A stretch of 64,000 nt of DNA from TPA_inf: Saccharomyces (taxonomy: Eukaryota), in NCBI GenBank assembly GCA_000146045.2, contig BK006947.3, positions 512,001 through 576,000 of the forward strand, given 5' to 3'. Positions 11,701-22,078 of this stretch are shown piece by piece (position 1 is the stretch's first letter; every line of letters begins with the position of its first letter). The notes beneath the pieces were generated by a model. That model did no database searches. It was not told where the DNA came from and saw only the letters and a list, made by a program, of their open reading frames with translations. Both the position numbers and the translations under genes were made by a program.

Positions 11701-12706
11701 AATTTGCTTATTCGTTGATGATATGATATTGTTCAGCAAAGACTTAAATGCAAATAAGAAAATCATAACAACACTCAAGAAACAATACGATACAAAGATA
11801 ATAAATCTGGGTGAAAGTGATAACGAAATTCAGTACGACATACTTGGATTAGAGATCAAATATCAAAGAAGCAAGTACATGAAATTAGGTATGGAAAAAT
11901 CTTTGACAGAAAAATTACCCAAACTAAACGTTCATTTAAATCCAAAAGGAAAAAAACTTAGCGCTCCAGGTCAACCAGGTCTTTATATAGACCAGGATGA
12001 ACTAGAAATAGATGAAGATGAATACAAAGAGAAGGTACATGAAATGCAAAAGTTGATTGGTCTAGCTTCATATGTTGGATATAAATTTAGATTTGACTTA
12101 CTATACTACATCAACACACTTGCTCAACATATACTATTCCCCTCTAGGCAAGTTTTAGACATGACATATGAGTTAATACAATTCATGTGGGACACTAGAG
12201 ATAAACAACTGATATGGCACAAAAACAAACCTACCAAGCCAGATAATAAACTAGTCGCAATAAGCGATGCTTCATATGGTAACCAACCATATTACAAGTC
12301 ACAAATTGGTAACATTTTCCTACTCAACGGAAAAGTGATTGGAGGAAAGTCGACAAAGGCTTCGTTAACATGCACTTCAACTACAGAAGCAGAAATACAC
12401 GCAGTCAGTGAAGCTATTCCGCTATTGAATAACCTCAGTCACCTTGTGCAAGAACTTAACAAGAAACCAATTATTAAAGGCTTACTTACTGATAGTAGAT
12501 CAACGATCAGTATAATTAAGTCTACAAATGAAGAGAAATTTAGAAACAGATTTTTTGGCACAAAGGCAATGAGACTTAGAGATGAAGTATCAGGTAATAA
12601 TTTATACGTATACTACATCGAGACCAAGAAGAACATTGCTGATGTGATGACAAAACCTCTTCCGATAAAAACATTTAAACTATTAACTAACAAATGGATT
12701 CATTAG
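7456..12706 (+). CDS. TYB: Ty1 TYA-TYB (Gag-Pol) fusion made by +1 ribosomal frameshift at CTT-AGG-C (8758-8764); Pol encodes protease, integrase and RT/RNase H
   Basis: The +1 frame is open from 8762 to the TAG at 12704-12706 as far as checked; no stop codon occurs between 8762 and 9005, while the rest of that span rests on the provided ORF track. The protease motif [13 protein letters not shown], the integrase zinc finger plus DDE motif, and YVDDM in the RT are present. Confidence 0.9.
8758..8764 (+). promoter_or_regulatory. Ty1 programmed +1 frameshift site (CTT AGG C heptamer)
   Basis: The exact heptamer sits at the Gag/Pol overlap. The Gag frame ends 14 nt downstream at 8776-8778. Confidence 0.9.
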
Positions 12707-12728
12707 ATCTATTACATTATGGGTGGTA

Positions 12729-13062
12729 TGTTGGAATAAAAATCAACTATCATCTACTAACTAGTATTTACGTTACTAGTATATTATCATATACGGTGTT
12801 AGAAGATGACGCAAATGATGAGAAATAGTCATCTAAATTAGTGGAAGCTGAAACGCAAGGATTGATAATGTAATAGGATCAATGAATATTAACATATAAA
12901 ACGATGATAATAATATTTATAGAATTGTGTAGAATTACAGATTTCCTTTTATGGATTCCTAAATCCTCGAGGAGAACTTCTAGTATATTCTGTATACCTA
13001 ATATTATAGCCTTTATCAACAATGGAATCCCAACAATTATCTCAACATTCACCCATTTCTCA
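12729..13062 (+). repeat. Ty1 3' LTR (delta), 334 bp
   Basis: It is preceded by the PPT and ends TCTCA right before the TSD AAACT. Confidence 0.9.
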
Positions 13063-13075
13063 AAACTATCACGGA
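13063..13075 (-). tRNA. tD(GUC): tRNA-Asp(GUC) gene, 5' 13 nt (acceptor 5' strand and start of the D-arm), separated from the rest of the gene by Ty1
   Basis: The reverse complement of 13063-13075 is TCCGTGATAGTTT, which is tRNA-Asp nt 1-13. Joining it to the 7099-7162 fragment, minus one TSD copy, rebuilds an uninterrupted 72-nt tRNA-Asp. Confidence 0.85.
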
Positions 13076-13194
13076 ATACTAATCGAAGACTAGTGACGCA
13101 CGTTACGCTATAGCAACAACGTCACAAGGATAACGTTAGTAGTTTTTTGGAAGGACAATTGCAAACTATATGTAAACGAACGAAGACACACAGT

Positions 13195-13340
13195 CCAAAG
13201 CTGTAACAACAACCACATATATAAATGGTAGTCTTCTAGGAAACTTCACTGTAAGATTAGATACGTAGAGGTGAAAGACAAGTTGAAGTTTGGATCGGAA
13301 GTTCCATTAATATTTGGGTAAGTAAGTTCGCCGCGCGGCA
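13195..13340. repeat. Unclassified LTR-like remnant (possibly Ty4 tau or a degenerate delta fragment) in the former tRNA-Asp upstream region
   Basis: An ~80-bp core (CTAGGAAACTTC...GGATCGGAAGTTCCATTAATAT) recurs with about 75% identity at 48990-49075 near tRNA-Thr, which suggests one repeat family. I could not recall a consensus to classify it. Confidence 0.3.
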
Positions 13341-14085
13341 GAAACGGTGAGTACTTACTCACTTTTGTTCTAACTACAACAAAAAACTGTAAAAGTGGTG
13401 TAAGGTTTACGTTCCGTTTTGGTTGCAAATCATCAGCCCTGGTTTAAGCTTTATGTCCAACATTGGTTAGCGAAGGCACCGTACTGGTCTCGATGTCGGT
13501 GAGCAGGGGCGGCGAAATTCATTCCAATCTTGGATAATATATATGTATATATCTATACACGCGGCGAGATCTTGTCCTCTAATTTCCCTTCGCTAAATCA
13601 TTAAGAGGTCATTCATGAAGTTAATTCAGCACCAAAGTTGGACTGTTAGACACGAGATACACATTGCAGTCCAAATGTGCAGATTTTTCAGATAATTGTC
13701 GTCGCACAAGACTGCCCCTCCCGTCCTCAGACAGACACAAAATTAGATTTTACGTTTACATAAAGATGTACATAACTTGAAAAAACGTTAATCCCTCTTA
13801 AATTTAGACCTTGTAAGTCTTCCTGGCCACTCTTTGTGATATATTGTAGTGCAATATATTGATTCGTTCTTCTTATTTCTTTGTTCTTAGGCATTTCCGC
13901 TTTAGAAAATTCGTTGGGTGGTTTCTGCGACGGGTATCCCCTTCGATTTTGCATAATGATCTTCAATTCTACAACTAAAATCAAGTAGATACAGGAAAAT
14001 ATTCCATAAATTATAGTGTAAATCGCCCTGTATACACCTTATCGTTTCATCTCAGGCAAGTTAAAGCATTTGGGAAACGTGCTAG

Positions 14086-17000
14086 ATGACAGAAGAAGAT
14101 AGAAAGCTCACTGTAGAGACAGAAACAGTTGAGGCACCCGTGGCAAATAATCTTTTATTGTCGAATAACAGTAATGTAGTAGCACCTAATCCTTCTATTC
14201 CCTCTGCCTCCACATCTACCTCTCCGCTACACAGGGAAATAGTTGATGATTCTGTCGCTACTGCTAACACCACCAGCAACGTTGTACAGCATAATTTGCC
14301 CACCATAGATAACAATTTAATGGATTCCGATGCCACGTCACATAATCAAGATCATTGGCATTCAGACATAAACAGGGCAGGAACATCAATGTCAACGAGT
14401 GATATCCCAACAGATTTACATTTAGAACATATCGGCTCTGTTTCATCAACTAATAATAATAGTAACAATGCCCTAATCAACCACAACCCTCTGTCATCTC
14501 ATCTTTCCAATCCGTCATCTTCATTACGAAACAAGAAGAGCTCTTTGTTGGTAGCTTCTAACCCTGCGTTTGCTTCAGATGTTGAACTCTCGAAGAAGAA
14601 ACCTGCCGTCATCTCCAATAATATGCCTACAAGTAACATTGCCCTTTATCAAACAGCGAGATCGGCGAATATTCATGGTCCATCATCAACTTCCGCATCT
14701 AAAGCGTTCAGAAAGGCTTCGGCCTTCTCCAATAACACGGCACCCAGCACTAGTAATAACATCGGCTCGAATACACCTCCAGCTCCTCTTTTACCTCTAC
14801 CTTCACTATCACAACAAAATAAGCCAAAAATAATAGAGAGGCCCACAATGCACGTCACTAATTCAAGAGAAATACTTTTAGGTGAAAACCTGTTAGATGA
14901 TACAAAGGCGAAGAATGCTCCCGCGAATTCAACCACACACGATAATGGTCCAGTAGCAAATGATGGGCTGCGTATACCGAATCACTCGAACGCAGATGAT
15001 AATGAAAATAACAACAAAATGAAGAAGAATAAAAACATTAATAGTGGGAAAAATGAACGTAATGATGACACCAGCAAAATATGCACTACATCTACTAAAA
15101 CAGCGCCTTCAACCGCACCTTTGGGCAGTACAGACAATACTCAGGCTCTCACTGCTAGTGTCTCCAGCAGTAATGCTGACAATCACAATAATAACAAGAA
15201 GAAAACCAGCAGCAACAACAACGGCAATAACAGTAATAGTGCATCCAATAAAACCAATGCCGATATCAAGAATTCTAACGCCGACTTGAGCGCTTCTACC
15301 TCTAACAATAATGCAATAAATGACGACTCACATGAGAGTAATTCAGAAAAACCAACAAAGGCGGATTTTTTCGCTGCAAGGCTGGCTACAGCTGTAGGTG
15401 AAAATGAAATTAGTGATTCTGAGGAAACATTTGTTTATGAATCGGCAGCTAATTCGACTAAAAACCTAATATTTCCTGACTCCTCCAGCCAGCAGCAGCA
15501 GCAGCAACAGCAACCTCCAAAACAACAGCAACAGCAACAAAATCATGGAATAACCTCAAAGATAAGCGCCCCATTGCTAAACAATAACAAAAAATTATTA
15601 AGCCGACTGAAAAATTCAAGACATATTAGCACTGGTGCCATATTGAATAACACAATCGCGACTATAAGCACAAATCCGAACTTGAATTCTAATGTGATGC
15701 AGAACAATAACAATCTGATGTCGGGACACAATCACCTGGACGAGTTGAGCAGTATAAAACAGGAGCCACCGCATCAATTGCAGCAGCAGCAACCACCAAT
15801 GGATGTACAATCGGTAGATTCGTATACCTCTGACAACCCAGACAGCAATGTTATTGCCAAGTCGCCTGATAAGAGGTCAAGCTTAGTATCCCTATCTAAA
15901 GTTTCTCCACATTTACTTTCATCCACATCAAGCAACGGTAACACAATATCGTGTCCCAATGTTGCCACAAATTCGCAGGAATTGGAACCAAACAATGATA
16001 TTTCAACGAAGAAATCTCTTTCCAATTCTACTTTGAGACATTCCTCTGCTAATAGAAATTCTAATTATGGTGACAACAAAAGGCCTCTTAGAACAACAGT
16101 GTCAAAGATATTTGATTCAAACCCTAATGGAGCTCCTTTACGGAGATACTCTGGGGTACCGGATCACGTTAATCTAGAAGATTACATCGAACAGCCGCAT
16201 AATTATCCAACAATGCAAAATAGTGTGAAAAAGGATGAATTTTATAACAGCAGGAACAATAAGTTTCCCCATGGTTTAAACTTTTATGGTGATAACAATG
16301 TTATTGAAGAGGAAAATAATGGTGACTCGTCTAATGTAAATCGACCGCAACACACTAACCTTCAGCATGAGTTTATTCCAGAAGATAACGAAAGTGATGA
16401 AAACGATATTCACTCCATGTTTTATTATAATCATAAGAACGATTTAGAAACAAAACCGCTAATATCCGATTATGGTGAAGATGAAGACGTAGATGATTAT
16501 GATCGCCCAAATGCTACTTTCAACAGTTACTATGGCTCAGCATCCAACACGCACGAACTTCCATTACATGGAAGGATGCCTTCAAGATCAAATAATGATT
16601 ACTACGATTTTATGGTTGGCAACAATACTGGCAATAACAACCAATTGAATGAATATACCCCCTTAAGAATGAAACGTGGTCAAAGACACCTATCAAGAAC
16701 AAACAATAGCATAATGAATGGTAGCATCCATATGAATGGTAACGATGACGTTACCCATTCCAATATCAATAATAACGATATTGTTGGTTACTCACCGCAC
16801 AACTTTTACTCAAGGAAGTCCCCATTTGTGAAAGTAAAGAATTTTCTTTATCTTGCATTTGTTATATCATCACTATTGATGACAGGATTCATTCTGGGAT
16901 TTTTATTGGCCACTAATAAAGAACTACAAGATGTAGACGTGGTAGTGATGGATAATGTGATTTCAAGTTCGGACGAGTTGATCTTCGACATCACAGTAAG

Positions 17001-17583
17001 TGCTTTTAATCCAGGATTCTTCAGTATAAGCGTTTCCCAAGTCGATTTGGACATTTTTGCAAAAAGTTCTTACCTGAAGTGCGATTCTAATGGTGACTGT
17101 ACAGTAATGGAACAGGAACGGAAAATTTTACAAATAACGACAAATCTTTCGTTAGTTGAAGAGAGTGCTAATAATGATATTAGTGGTGGGAACATAGAGA
17201 CGGTATTACTAGGAACCGCTAAAAAACTAGAGACACCATTAAAGTTCCAGGGCGGCGCATTTAATAGGAACTACGATGTGTCAGTCTCGAGTGTCAAGCT
17301 TTTAAGTCCTGGGTCTCGTGAAGCCAAGCACGAAAACGACGATGATGACGATGATGATGGCGACGATGGTGACGATGAAAACAATACTAATGAAAGACAA
17401 TACAAAAGCAAACCAAATGCTAGAGATGACAAAGAAGATGATACTAAAAAATGGAAGCTACTAATCAAGCATGATTACGAATTGATAGTCCGTGGAAGCA
17501 TGAAGTATGAGGTGCCCTTTTTCAATACGCAAAAATCTACGGCTATTCAAAAGGATTCCATGGTCCATCCTGGTAAGAAGTGA
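14086..17583 (+). CDS. VAC7: Vac7, a vacuolar membrane regulator of PI(3,5)P2 synthesis (1,165 aa)
   Basis: The length matches. It has a long N/S/Q-rich low-complexity N-terminal region with poly-Q runs (15489-15540), a single TM segment (FLYLAFVISSLLMTGFILGFLLA), and an acidic D-rich tract near the C-terminus. Confidence 0.9.
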   Translation: MTEEDRKLTVETETVEAPVANNLLLSNNSNVVAPNPSIPSASTSTSPLHREIVDDSVATANTTSNVVQHNLPTIDNNLMDSDATSHNQDHWHSDINRAGTSMSTSDIPTDLHLEHIGSVSSTNNNSNNALINHNPLSSHLSNPSSSLRNKKSSLLVASNPAFASDVELSKKKPAVISNNMPTSNIALYQTARSANIHGPSSTSASKAFRKASAFSNNTAPSTSNNIGSNTPPAPLLPLPSLSQQNKPKIIERPTMHVTNSREILLGENLLDDTKAKNAPANSTTHDNGPVANDGLRIPNHSNADDNENNNKMKKNKNINSGKNERNDDTSKICTTSTKTAPSTAPLGSTDNTQALTASVSSSNADNHNNNKKKTSSNNNGNNSNSASNKTNADIKNSNADLSASTSNNNAINDDSHESNSEKPTKADFFAARLATAVGENEISDSEETFVYESAANSTKNLIFPDSSSQQQQQQQQPPKQQQQQQNHGITSKISAPLLNNNKKLLSRLKNSRHISTGAILNNTIATISTNPNLNSNVMQNNNNLMSGHNHLDELSSIKQEPPHQLQQQQPPMDVQSVDSYTSDNPDSNVIAKSPDKRSSLVSLSKVSPHLLSSTSSNGNTISCPNVATNSQELEPNNDISTKKSLSNSTLRHSSANRNSNYGDNKRPLRTTVSKIFDSNPNGAPLRRYSGVPDHVNLEDYIEQPHNYPTMQNSVKKDEFYNSRNNKFPHGLNFYGDNNVIEEENNGDSSNVNRPQHTNLQHEFIPEDNESDENDIHSMFYYNHKNDLETKPLISDYGEDEDVDDYDRPNATFNSYYGSASNTHELPLHGRMPSRSNNDYYDFMVGNNTGNNNQLNEYTPLRMKRGQRHLSRTNNSIMNGSIHMNGNDDVTHSNINNNDIVGYSPHNFYSRKSPFVKVKNFLYLAFVISSLLMTGFILGFLLATNKELQDVDVVVMDNVISSSDELIFDITVSAFNPGFFSISVSQVDLDIFAKSSYLKCDSNGDCTVMEQERKILQITTNLSLVEESANNDISGGNIETVLLGTAKKLETPLKFQGGAFNRNYDVSVSSVKLLSPGSREAKHENDDDDDDDGDDGDDENNTNERQYKSKPNARDDKEDDTKKWKLLIKHDYELIVRGSMKYEVPFFNTQKSTAIQKDSMVHPGKK

Positions 17584-17941
17584 GTGTTAAGAATGTAGCT
17601 TTTTCGTCAAAGCTGGGTATTTTTCTTTTTATAGCGCAGGAGCGGAAGGCAATTTCCAAAACAGGAATGTACTTTCCAAAAAAGGAAAATGTAGTTTGTT
17701 TTTTGATGTTTTTTTCTCTTTGACTATTTCAAATTTAGAAGTGAAAAAATACAAAAATGTTACATAGGATTCGATACAGTGTAATATATCATTATTATTA
17801 CTTTTAAATAAAGCGTTTAGTAAACAAGAGTGAGGGTTATGCAACTCGTTTAGTAAACATTCTTTTTTTTTTCTTCATTTAAGTATAAGACAACAATAGT
17901 AGCGGAAGCGATAGTAATACATTTGGTAGCGATAAGTGCAC

Positions 17942-19411
17942 ATGCAATTTCACTCAGATAAGCAGCATTTGGACAGTAAAACCGACATCGATTTCAAGCC
18001 AAACTCACCGCGTTCCTTACAAAATAGGAATACCAAAAATTTATCTTTAGATATAGCAGCACTCCATCCATTAATGGAATTCTCATCGCCAAGCCAAGAT
18101 GTGCCAGGTTCAGTAAAATTCCCATCGCCGACACCTTTGAATCTATTTATGAAGCCCAAACCTATTGTGTTGGAGAAATGTCCACCAAAAGTAAGTCCAA
18201 GGCCAACGCCACCATCGCTGTCGATGAGGCGAAGCGAGGCCTCTATATACACACTACCAACATCTTTGAAGAACCGAACTGTTTCTCCAAGCGTGTATAC
18301 AAAATCATCCACAGTATCGTCTATCAGTAAGCTGTCATCATCATCACCGTTATCGTCATTTTCAGAAAAACCTCATCTGAATAGAGTCCATTCATTATCC
18401 GTGAAAACTAAAGACTTGAAGTTGAAGGGAATTAGAGGACGTTCTCAAACGATCTCAGGGTTAGAGACATCCACGCCAATTTCTAGTACTCGTGAAGGTA
18501 CTTTAGATAGTACGGATGTCAACAGATTTTCTAACCAAAAGAATATGCAAACAACATTGATTTTCCCGGAGGAGGACTCGGATCTGAATATTGATATGGT
18601 GCATGCAGAGATTTATCAACGAACGGTTTATTTAGATGGACCATTGCTGGTACTGCCGCCTAATTTGTATCTATATTCAGAACCCAAACTAGAAGATATA
18701 TTATCGTTTGATTTAGTCATTAATGTTGCCAAAGAAATACCGAACCTGGAGTTTTTAATACCGCCGGAAATGGCACATAAAATAAAATATTACCATATTG
18801 AATGGACACACACATCCAAGATCGTCAAGGACTTATCCCGATTGACACGCATTATACATACCGCTCATTCGCAAGGCAAGAAAATACTCGTACACTGTCA
18901 GTGTGGAGTATCAAGATCGGCGTCATTGATTGTGGCGTATATCATGCGATATTATGGCTTGAGTTTAAATGATGCATACAATAAGCTGAAAGGTGTTGCT
19001 AAGGATATAAGTCCAAACATGGGTCTCATCTTCCAACTTATGGAATGGGGAACCATGTTGTCCAAGAACTCACCGGGCGAAGAAGGAGAGACTGTTCACA
19101 TGCCTGAGGAAGATGACATCGGAAACAACGAAGTTTCCTCGACTACGAAGTCCTACTCTTCTGCGTCCTTTAGAAGTTTTCCCATGGTAACGAATCTATC
19201 ATCGTCGCCGAATGACAGTTCTGTCAATTCTTCGGAAGTAACGCCAAGAACTCCTGCTACGTTGACTGGAGCAAGGACCGCACTGGCCACAGAACGCGGG
19301 GAAGATGATGAGCACTGTAAAAGTTTGTCTCAACCCGCAGATTCACTGGAAGCTTCTGTGGACAACGAATCAATATCTACTGCCCCGGAACAGATGATGT
19401 TTCTTCCTTAA
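17942..19411 (+). CDS. MSG5: Msg5 dual-specificity MAPK phosphatase (489 aa)
   Basis: The DSP active-site motif VHCQCGVSRSASLIVAYIM is present. The first ATG is at 17942 (the ORF-track start at 17936 is GTG). A second in-frame Met about 45 codons downstream fits the reported long and short isoforms. Confidence 0.9.
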   Translation: MQFHSDKQHLDSKTDIDFKPNSPRSLQNRNTKNLSLDIAALHPLMEFSSPSQDVPGSVKFPSPTPLNLFMKPKPIVLEKCPPKVSPRPTPPSLSMRRSEASIYTLPTSLKNRTVSPSVYTKSSTVSSISKLSSSSPLSSFSEKPHLNRVHSLSVKTKDLKLKGIRGRSQTISGLETSTPISSTREGTLDSTDVNRFSNQKNMQTTLIFPEEDSDLNIDMVHAEIYQRTVYLDGPLLVLPPNLYLYSEPKLEDILSFDLVINVAKEIPNLEFLIPPEMAHKIKYYHIEWTHTSKIVKDLSRLTRIIHTAHSQGKKILVHCQCGVSRSASLIVAYIMRYYGLSLNDAYNKLKGVAKDISPNMGLIFQLMEWGTMLSKNSPGEEGETVHMPEEDDIGNNEVSSTTKSYSSASFRSFPMVTNLSSSPNDSSVNSSEVTPRTPATLTGARTALATERGEDDEHCKSLSQPADSLEASVDNESISTAPEQMMFLP

Positions 19412-19576
19412 GGGACAGCATCTCCCAAAAGAATCTTTATGACTATCAGATCTGCAGGCAGACCGCCTCCCTACGCTTCTAAATAGAATGTACTTAGCAC
19501 TTCTGCCTACATAGTAATTATTCATCATTGTAAGTGTCACATTGCAAAAATCGTCCAATAGACGTTTTCCTCGTTT

Positions 19577-19585
19577 GTGATTGGC
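19577..19585 (-). promoter_or_regulatory. Candidate HAP2/3/4/5 CCAAT-box (CCAATCA) about 145 bp upstream of COX5A
   Basis: The reverse complement of TGATTGGCC gives GGCCAATCA, matching the CCAATNA consensus. COX5A is a respiratory gene known to be HAP-regulated. Confidence 0.4.
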
Positions 19586-19724
19586 CCTACGTTTTGCGCC
19601 GATACAAGCGGCGGCGAAAAGTTAAAAAGAACAATCAATTAAATAAGAACCATCAGTCCTCGTATTTTGTCTTCTGTTTGCAAGCAATGCACCAAACACA
19701 AGATCAACTAAGAACGCATCTACA

Positions 19725-20186
19725 ATGTTACGTAACACTTTTACTAGAGCTGGTGGACTATCACGTATTACATCCGTAAGATTCGCTCAAACACATGCTC
19801 TTTCCAACGCTGCTGTAATGGATCTGCAATCCAGATGGGAGAACATGCCCTCCACTGAGCAGCAGGATATTGTCAGTAAGTTGAGTGAACGTCAAAAATT
19901 ACCATGGGCACAGCTTACTGAGCCTGAAAAGCAAGCTGTGTGGTACATTTCTTACGGAGAATGGGGCCCAAGAAGACCTGTATTGAATAAGGGTGATTCC
20001 AGTTTTATTGCCAAAGGTGTTGCTGCAGGCCTACTATTTTCAGTGGGACTTTTTGCTGTCGTCAGGATGGCGGGTGGCCAAGACGCAAAGACCATGAATA
20101 AGGAGTGGCAGCTAAAGAGTGACGAATATTTGAAGTCGAAGAATGCTAATCCTTGGGGTGGTTATTCTCAGGTCCAATCTAAATGA
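19725..20186 (+). CDS. COX5A: Cytochrome c oxidase subunit Va (153 aa) with a mitochondrial presequence
   Basis: Full match (MLRNTFTRAGGLSRITSVRFAQTHA...). It has one TM helix. Confidence 0.95.
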   Translation: MLRNTFTRAGGLSRITSVRFAQTHALSNAAVMDLQSRWENMPSTEQQDIVSKLSERQKLPWAQLTEPEKQAVWYISYGEWGPRRPVLNKGDSSFIAKGVAAGLLFSVGLFAVVRMAGGQDAKTMNKEWQLKSDEYLKSKNANPWGGYSQVQSK

Positions 20187-20658
20187 ACAGGCCAGAAATT
20201 TTGAAAGGAAATCAATAGGGGTTAACGATTGTCATGGTTTTTTCAGCTAGTCTGTGACCTGTACGAAAGTGAATATCTTATTACATTATAAGTGTATCCA
20301 TGGGCATCCGCCCAATACAATGCCAACATATCAAACATAAAATTGGCTGATTGCCACTCTCACATTTTTTCTTTATTTATTTACTCAAATTTTGTAATTT
20401 TTTGTTAGACATATAATTTTATATCATTATTCTTATTATTCTTATATTTAAGGGAACCCCCCTGGAATGAAATAAGCTAATATAGTATGAGGGAATCCTG
20501 TATAAATGGGTTTACCTTGTTATTCTATGCCTCCCTTTCAAAGACGTATTTCTTAAAAACTTCTCCATTTGGTTGAATACTATGAAAAAAAAAAAATCAA
20601 CTAGAATAGATATGGAAGATAAAAATGTGTAACAAAAAAGAAGAAAAGAGCTGGAGGT

Positions 20659-21870
20659 ATGACAATAGCGCCAATGGCAAACGATTTAGAAGATTTTGAG
20701 TCTCTGCTGGAGCCTGATTTTGATGCTAAACAATTTGGTAATGACTTACTGAAGGCTACTAATAACAATGACACAACCATTTTAGACCTTAACACGCCTC
20801 TTAAAAAGCTAAACTATGATCTACATGAGATTGACTCTAGAATAGACCAATTGATGAATAGCAACCCATTGGAGATAATAGAGTTAATTTACAAAAATGA
20901 ACACGTCAATTCAACCATAGTTGGTGAGTTGAAACCAAGTTTGGGATATATGAATATGTCGTACGATAGACTAAAGAATCAAGTTCTAGATCCTTATGAA
21001 AGAGCGAGGAAAGTCCAACTAGCGTTGAGTAAAGTTTACCAAACATCTTTTCTCTTGCGCGGAGCATTGCTTTATATTCATTTATCAAACAAATTAAACG
21101 CACTGTCTAAAACAGCCCAACTAAGCACATCAACAGCTATTAATTTAGCCTCCTTACACTACCAACTTGAAATTACTTTGGAAGAAAATAAAAATCTAAA
21201 ATCCTTGCGGAAAATTAAACAATTAGATCAGGACATTGTTTCCCCCAACAAAAGAGAGTTAATAACATTTTTGTCTTTACAAATGTGTAAAGAGTGCTTG
21301 AACTCTATTAAAATCAAATCGAACAAAGAAATAATATCTCAGCTGGCCTACTCCTTATATCTACTTTCATCTCAAGAATTCGAGTCTGCAATAAACAAGA
21401 TTGTACTATCTAATGTTACAATGAGCTCACAAATCCTATCAAAAATTTTAAATTCTATCAGGATGTTTCCTGATGCGTTCAATGAAGTTGTTGAAAAAGG
21501 TTATAACATCTACATTTTAGAAACACTACTACAGAACATCAAAACGGATAATGTTACGAATTCCTCGAGATCTATTGCTGCTAATAAATCACGCCTTGGC
21601 AATCTTTTATCAGAATATACCTCAATGAAGAGTAAAGCAGGTTCTGGTACACCGAGAGATCTGTTTTGGAGCAAAGTTTCATCTGCCTTCAAAAAGGACT
21701 TTGATATATCTGTTAATAGAGGAGGCCCTGTGGGCAAGTCGCTGTTAAAAAATAAAGATTTTATTATAAACACTATGAAGCAAAGTATGAAAAAATCTTC
21801 TGATAATAGTGATTACCAAAGCTACTTGGATGTAATGCTAAACTCAGTATCTATTTCTCTAAATAAGTGA
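20659..21870 (+). CDS. COG5: Conserved oligomeric Golgi complex subunit 5 (403 aa)
   Basis: Length and position match; the call rests mainly on its place in the chrXIV gene order rather than on recognised residues. Confidence 0.85.
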   Translation: MTIAPMANDLEDFESLLEPDFDAKQFGNDLLKATNNNDTTILDLNTPLKKLNYDLHEIDSRIDQLMNSNPLEIIELIYKNEHVNSTIVGELKPSLGYMNMSYDRLKNQVLDPYERARKVQLALSKVYQTSFLLRGALLYIHLSNKLNALSKTAQLSTSTAINLASLHYQLEITLEENKNLKSLRKIKQLDQDIVSPNKRELITFLSLQMCKECLNSIKIKSNKEIISQLAYSLYLLSSQEFESAINKIVLSNVTMSSQILSKILNSIRMFPDAFNEVVEKGYNIYILETLLQNIKTDNVTNSSRSIAANKSRLGNLLSEYTSMKSKAGSGTPRDLFWSKVSSAFKKDFDISVNRGGPVGKSLLKNKDFIINTMKQSMKKSSDNSDYQSYLDVMLNSVSISLNK

Positions 21871-22078
21871 GACAGTTTACATAAAATTAAGAATGTTGAT
21901 GAAATAGGATGAATCTAAAGCAATTTTCAATAGCATGTGCATATGTTTAATAAAAATTACATGAAATGTAATATTTGTTTATATTATTAAAGATTATACT
22001 AGTAATAGTTATTATGAGAAATCCAATATCGGTTAGTTTATATGAAGTATTAATATGTATATATATACATTTACGTGG

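Larger units (their letters stand above)
7163..13062 (+). mobile_element. Full-length Ty1 LTR retrotransposon (5,900 bp) flanked by 5-bp TSD AAACT (7158-7162 and 13063-13067)
   Basis: 334-bp LTRs run from TGTTGGAATA to TTTCTCA at 7163-7496 and 12729-13062. The PBS TGGTAGCGCC (tRNAiMet) is at 7497-7506. TYA and TYB are open, the CTTAGGC +1 frameshift heptamer is at 8758-8764, and the PPT GGGTGGTA is at 12721-12728. Confidence 0.95.

Noticed and set aside
7163-13062. The possibility that Ty1-in-tRNA is an assembly chimera
   Set aside because: A perfect 5-bp TSD at both junctions, and exact complementarity of the two tRNA halves, is what a genuine integration event looks like and not what a misjoin would produce.
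12904-13113. A 69-aa ORF starting at the Gag ATG copy inside the Ty1 3' LTR and reading into flanking DNA
   Set aside because: This is an LTR artefact. The same ATG in the 5' LTR starts real Gag; the 3' copy has no downstream gene.
13430-13720. A possible additional tRNA or snRNA in the tRNA-Asp upstream region
   Set aside because: No cloverleaf, A/B boxes or known snRNA motifs were recognisable. It is probably degenerate LTR or intergenic sequence.
20187-20658. Candidate ARS consensus sequences in AT-rich intergenic regions (for example CAAACATAAAA at about 20330)
   Set aside because: I found only 10/11 matches to WTTTAYRTTTW, no perfect ACS plus B-elements. This is too weak to call an origin from sequence alone.
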